Origin: an uncultured cyanobacterium
GTDB taxonomy: Bacteria; Cyanobacteriota; Cyanobacteriia; Cyanobacteriales; Nostocaceae
DNA: 64,000 nucleotides
Assembly (NCBI GenBank): GCA_963740315.1
Contig: CAVUDP010000004.1
Coordinates: forward strand, 832,001-896,000
Direction: 5' to 3'
Positions 62,942 to 64,000 of the stretch are shown here, in pieces. Each line of letters opens with the position of its first letter. The stretch's first letter is position 1. Below the pieces are notes generated by a model. The model saw nothing but the letters and a program-made list of their open reading frames with translations, ran no database searches and was not told the DNA's origin. A program made the position numbers and the translations under genes.

Positions 62942-63901
62942 ATGAGTCGTCCGATTATATTGGGTATTGTAGGTGACAGTGCTGCGGGTAAAACAACTTT
63001 AACTAAAGGTATCGCGCAGGTATTAGGACCGGAGAATGTTACCGTTATTTGTACGGACGATTATCATCGGTACGATCGCAAGCAACGTGCGGAAATTGGT
63101 ATTACTGCTCTCAATCCTGACTGCAACTATTTGGATATTATGCAGCAACACATGAAACAGCTGCGTGATGGGCTACCAATTCTGAAGCCAGTTTATAACC
63201 ATACAACTGGAAATTTGGATGCTCCCGAATACATCAAGCCGAATAAATTCGTGATTGTAGAAGGATTGCTGGGTTATGCGACTCGTAAAGTAAGGCAATG
63301 TTACGATGTCAAAGTTTATCTAGCTCCCCCAGAATCCTTACGTGCAACTTGGAAAGTTAAGCGGGATACTCAAAAGCGCGGATATACTGAGGAACAGGTT
63401 TTAAAGGCACTCAAAGGACGCGAACCAGATTCAGAAAACTTTATCCGTCCTCAACGTCAATGGTCGGATATTGTTGTAAGTTTCTATCCTCCGGAGGATG
63501 ATTCCGAGCAAAGTAACGGTCATTTAAATGTACGGTTGGTATTACGTCCAACAATTCCTCACCCAGATTTTACCGAAATTGTCAGTTCTGGGAATGGTAG
63601 TTCTATGTCAGCAATTCGCTTGGATTTAGATAGAGATATGAGCAAACCCGTTGACGTTTTGGAAGTTGATGGACACGCCACATCAGAACAGGTAGATAGA
63701 TTAGAGCGAATTATCTGTTCCGATATGCCTAATTTAAAAAACGTTTGCGATCGCGAAAGTAATCCAGAGTTGGGTAAAGTCGCTGGCACAACTGGAGAAA
63801 GTATCCAAAGTTACCCCTTGGCTCTGACCCAATTGTTAATTACTTACCATATGCTCAAAGCAACTCAAATTTCTCAAGAAGGTTTGCAAGTCAAGGTTTA
63901 G
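62942..63901 (+). CDS. Phosphoribulokinase-family protein
   Basis: IVGDSAAGKTT, ICTDDYH, KPVYNHTTG, VEGLL, RDTQKRG, FIRPQR. Confidence 0.85.
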   Translation: MSRPIILGIVGDSAAGKTTLTKGIAQVLGPENVTVICTDDYHRYDRKQRAEIGITALNPDCNYLDIMQQHMKQLRDGLPILKPVYNHTTGNLDAPEYIKPNKFVIVEGLLGYATRKVRQCYDVKVYLAPPESLRATWKVKRDTQKRGYTEEQVLKALKGREPDSENFIRPQRQWSDIVVSFYPPEDDSEQSNGHLNVRLVLRPTIPHPDFTEIVSSGNGSSMSAIRLDLDRDMSKPVDVLEVDGHATSEQVDRLERIICSDMPNLKNVCDRESNPELGKVAGTTGESIQSYPLALTQLLITYHMLKATQISQEGLQVKV

Positions 63902-64000
63902 ATAATAGATGGGGAAGATAATTGGTATACGCCCGCACGCTCCGCGTGAATGGTAATTGGGCACCTAAGAGAGCGGGGGAAGCGGAGGAAGCGGGGGAAG

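Overview
AT-rich chromosomal window from a filamentous, probably Nostocales-type cyanobacterium (inferred from frequent HIP1 GCGATCGC sites, 7/8-nt tandem repeats (STRRs), psbY, ccmP and pilMNOQ). Most of it is housekeeping or conserved hypothetical genes. The standout is a four-level nested mobile structure at 41.6-48.3 kb whose junctions can be rebuilt to the base. A higB-like toxin gene is split just before its last codons (D-T-H-E) by a tnpB-only IS607-like element (41924-48297). That tnpB is split inside its RuvC-III motif, 116 nt from the element's right end, by group II intron A (43189-48181). Intron A's RT gene is split in its PQGG motif by intact group II intron B (44552-46966). Removing each layer restores the host motif (GGV-I-SPLL, DLNAAK-N-L, ILGVE-DTHE*), and candidate EBS loops match the insertion sites. 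Also present: a second intact tnpB element with IS608-like right-end signals upstream of dapB, a 45-nt frame-preserving structured insertion in two genes, self-nested ~24-nt repeats, REP/MITE-like repeats, and three frameshifts in G/C homopolymers that may be assembly errors. All calls come from reading the sequence; no database searches were run.
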